From contig JAGQTL010000025.1 in NCBI GenBank assembly GCA_020439035.1, positions 1-45,965 of the forward strand: a stretch of 45,965 bases of DNA. Direction: 5' to 3'. This stretch comes from Leucobacter sp. (GTDB lineage Bacteria > Actinomycetota > Actinomycetes > Actinomycetales > Microbacteriaceae). The position numbers and the translations under genes were made by a program. This document shows, piece after piece, positions 44,015 through 45,965 of this stretch (position 1 is its first letter; every line of letters begins with the position of its first letter). A model generated the notes under the pieces. That model saw only the letters and a list, made by a program, of their open reading frames with translations, ran no database searches and was not told the origin of the DNA.

Positions 44015-45965
44015 ATGCACAATTCTGAGTCTCCCGAGGGCGACGACATCACCGAGCCCACGTCCGAGACCGTCGGCGAAACTGCGACAGCCGAATCCGT
44101 CGCCGAGGCGGAGAGCGCCGCCGCCCCCGCCGAGGAGGAGAGCGCCGCCGCCCCGGCCGAGCCCGAGCGCCCGGCGTTCGCGTCGCTCGGCCTCGATCAG
44201 AAGGTGCTGCGCGCGCTGGAAGATGTCGGCTACGAGACTCCGTCGGCCATCCAGGCCGCGACGATCCCCGTGCTGCTCGAGGGCCGCGACGTCGTCGGCC
44301 TCGCGCAGACGGGCACGGGCAAGACGGCGGCGTTCGCGCTGCCGATCCTCTCCCGCATCGAACCGGGGCAGGGTGTGCCGCAGGCGCTCGTGCTCGCCCC
44401 CACCCGTGAGCTCGCGCTCCAGGTCTGCGAGGCCTTCGAGTCGTACGCCTCGCACCTGCCCGAGGTGCATCTGCTGCCCGTCTACGGCGGCCAGGCGTAC
44501 GGGCAGCAGCTGAGCGCGCTGCGCCGCGGCGTCGACATTGTCGTGGGCACGCCGGGCCGGATCATGGATCACCTGAACCGCGGCTCGCTCGACCTCACCG
44601 AGATCAAGTACCTCGTGCTCGACGAGGCCGACGAGATGCTGAAGATGGGCTTCGCCGAGGATGTCGAGACGATTCTCGCCGACACCCCCGACGAGAAGCA
44701 GGTCGCGCTCTTCTCCGCGACGATGCCGGCCCAGATCCGCCGCATCTCGCAGCAGTACCTGAAGGATCCGGAAGAGATCAAGATCGCCGGGAAGACCCAG
44801 ACGAGCGCGAACATCACCCAGCGCTACATCGTCGTCAGCTTCATGCAGAAGCTCGACGCGCTCACGCGCGTGCTCGAGGTCGAGGACTTCGACGGCATGA
44901 TCGTCTTCACCCGTACCCGCGGCGACAGCGAGACCGTGGCCGAGAAGCTGCGCGCCCGCGGCTACTCCGCGACCGCGATCAACGGCGATATTCCGCAGAA
45001 CCTGCGCGAGCGCACGGTGCAGTCCCTGAAAGACGGCAAGCTCGACATCCTCGTCGCCACCGACGTCGCCGCCCGCGGCCTCGATGTCGAGCGCATCAGC
45101 CACGTCGTCAACTACGACCTGCCGGTCGATACCGAGAGCTACGTGCACCGGATCGGTCGCACGGGCCGCGCCGGACGTTCCGGCGACGCCATCAGCTTCG
45201 TCACCCCCCGCGAGCGCCGGCTGCTCAAGGCCATCGAGAAGGCCACCAAGCAGCCCCTCACGCAGATGCCGCTCCCGAACGTGGCGGAGGTCAACGCCAC
45301 CCGACTCTCCCGGTTCGACGACGCGATCACCGCGGCGCTCGGGGAGACGGACCGGATCGACGCGTTCCGCGACATCATCGCGCACTACGTGAAGCACCAC
45401 GACGTGCCGAAGACCGACGTCGCCGCGGCGCTCGCGGTCGTGGCGCAGGGGGAGACCCCGCTGTTGCTCGACGAGGCCGACGACGAGAAGTTCGCCCGGG
45501 ATCGCGCGCAGGCGCGCAAGTTCCTCGACGATGAGCGGCCGAACCGCGATCGGGGCAACCGCGACGATCGTTACGGTCGGGAGCGGGACCGCGGCTCGCG
45601 GGAGGATCGCGCCCCGCGCGAGCGCCGCGGCGACCTCCAGATGTACCGCATCGAGGTCGGGCACCGGCAGCGCGTGAAGCCCGGCCAGATCGTCGGCGCG
45701 CTCGCGAACGAGGGCGGTCTCTCGCGCGACGATTTCGGGCGCATCCAGATCCGTGACGAGTTCTCGCTCGTCGAACTGCCGAAGCGCCTGTCGGCGGAAT
45801 CCCTCGACCAGATGGCGCAGATCCGCATCAGCGGCAAGCTCATCGAGCTGAAGCCGGATCGCGGGCCTGCGGGCGGATCCCGGGATCGCGGGGATCGCGG
45901 CGGGTACGACCGCGGGGATCGCGGGGGGTACGACCGCGGGGATCGCGGGGGTCGGAACGGCGATC
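44015..45965 (+). CDS. deaD: DEAD-box RNA helicase (CsdA/DeaD), 3'-truncated by the window
   Basis: Translated by hand (absent from the ORF track because it has no stop): GYETPSAIQ, AQTGTGKT, PTREL, TPGR, DEADE, SAT, TDVAARGLD, YVHRIGRTGRAG, a DbpA-type domain and an RGG tail. TAGACT lies 6 nt before ATG 44015. Confidence 0.95.
   Translation, partial: MHNSESPEGDDITEPTSETVGETATAESVAEAESAAAPAEEESAAAPAEPERPAFASLGLDQKVLRALEDVGYETPSAIQAATIPVLLEGRDVVGLAQTGTGKTAAFALPILSRIEPGQGVPQALVLAPTRELALQVCEAFESYASHLPEVHLLPVYGGQAYGQQLSALRRGVDIVVGTPGRIMDHLNRGSLDLTEIKYLVLDEADEMLKMGFAEDVETILADTPDEKQVALFSATMPAQIRRISQQYLKDPEEIKIAGKTQTSANITQRYIVVSFMQKLDALTRVLEVEDFDGMIVFTRTRGDSETVAEKLRARGYSATAINGDIPQNLRERTVQSLKDGKLDILVATDVAARGLDVERISHVVNYDLPVDTESYVHRIGRTGRAGRSGDAISFVTPRERRLLKAIEKATKQPLTQMPLPNVAEVNATRLSRFDDAITAALGETDRIDAFRDIIAHYVKHHDVPKTDVAAALAVVAQGETPLLLDEADDEKFARDRAQARKFLDDERPNRDRGNRDDRYGRERDRGSREDRAPRERRGDLQMYRIEVGHRQRVKPGQIVGALANEGGLSRDDFGRIQIRDEFSLVELPKRLSAESLDQMAQIRISGKLIELKPDRGPAGGSRDRGDRGGYDRGDRGGYDRGDRGGRNGD
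45884..45950 (+). repeat. Coding 24-bp repeats encoding the DRGDRGGY tail of DeaD
   Basis: gatcgcggSgggtacgaccgcggg x2, with flanking gatcgcggg units. Confidence 0.8.

Noticed and set aside
42559..44061. 827-aa minus-strand ORF as an SBP fusion
   Set aside because: The first ~500 codons are antisense to the Zn-ADH gene; the SBP signal peptide and lipobox start at ~42552.
44102..44160. 27-bp duplication in the deaD N-terminus and RGG repeats at the C-terminus
   Set aside because: These are ordinary low-complexity, variable tails of DEAD-box helicases.

Overview
High-GC actinobacterial DNA; gene content and style suggest Microbacteriaceae (inference). There are three zones. (1) Core genes, 1-7.75 kb: two CNNM/CBS 'hemolysin-family' genes, metX, metY, an SDR and ung. 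Between metY and metX lies a ~1.8 kb cassette with an orphan DUF559/Vsr-like nuclease gene (short AbiEi-like N-terminus). It is bracketed by three same-orientation 67-bp hairpin repeats showing covariation, plus 8-, 9- and 45-bp minisatellites. This is the best candidate for an undescribed system. (2) An accessory block of ~36 kb between ung and deaD for flavin-dependent aromatic/amine chemistry. It encodes three HpaB-family oxygenases, an ACAD-fold monooxygenase, a luciferase-like monooxygenase, two flavin reductases (one fused to an IclR-type sensor domain), a flavin amine oxidase with an altered aromatic cage, a PLP decarboxylase, proline-racemase, DAO, OCD, creatininase and amine-dehydrogenase family enzymes, a Zn-ADH, two ABC importers, an MFS exporter, and PucR, TetR and two AraC regulators with candidate operators. 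No ring-cleavage dioxygenase, aldehyde dehydrogenase or integrase is visible. (3) The start of deaD, which runs off the right end. No rRNA, tRNA or CRISPR array was seen. Product calls rest on motif recognition by eye; no database searches were run.
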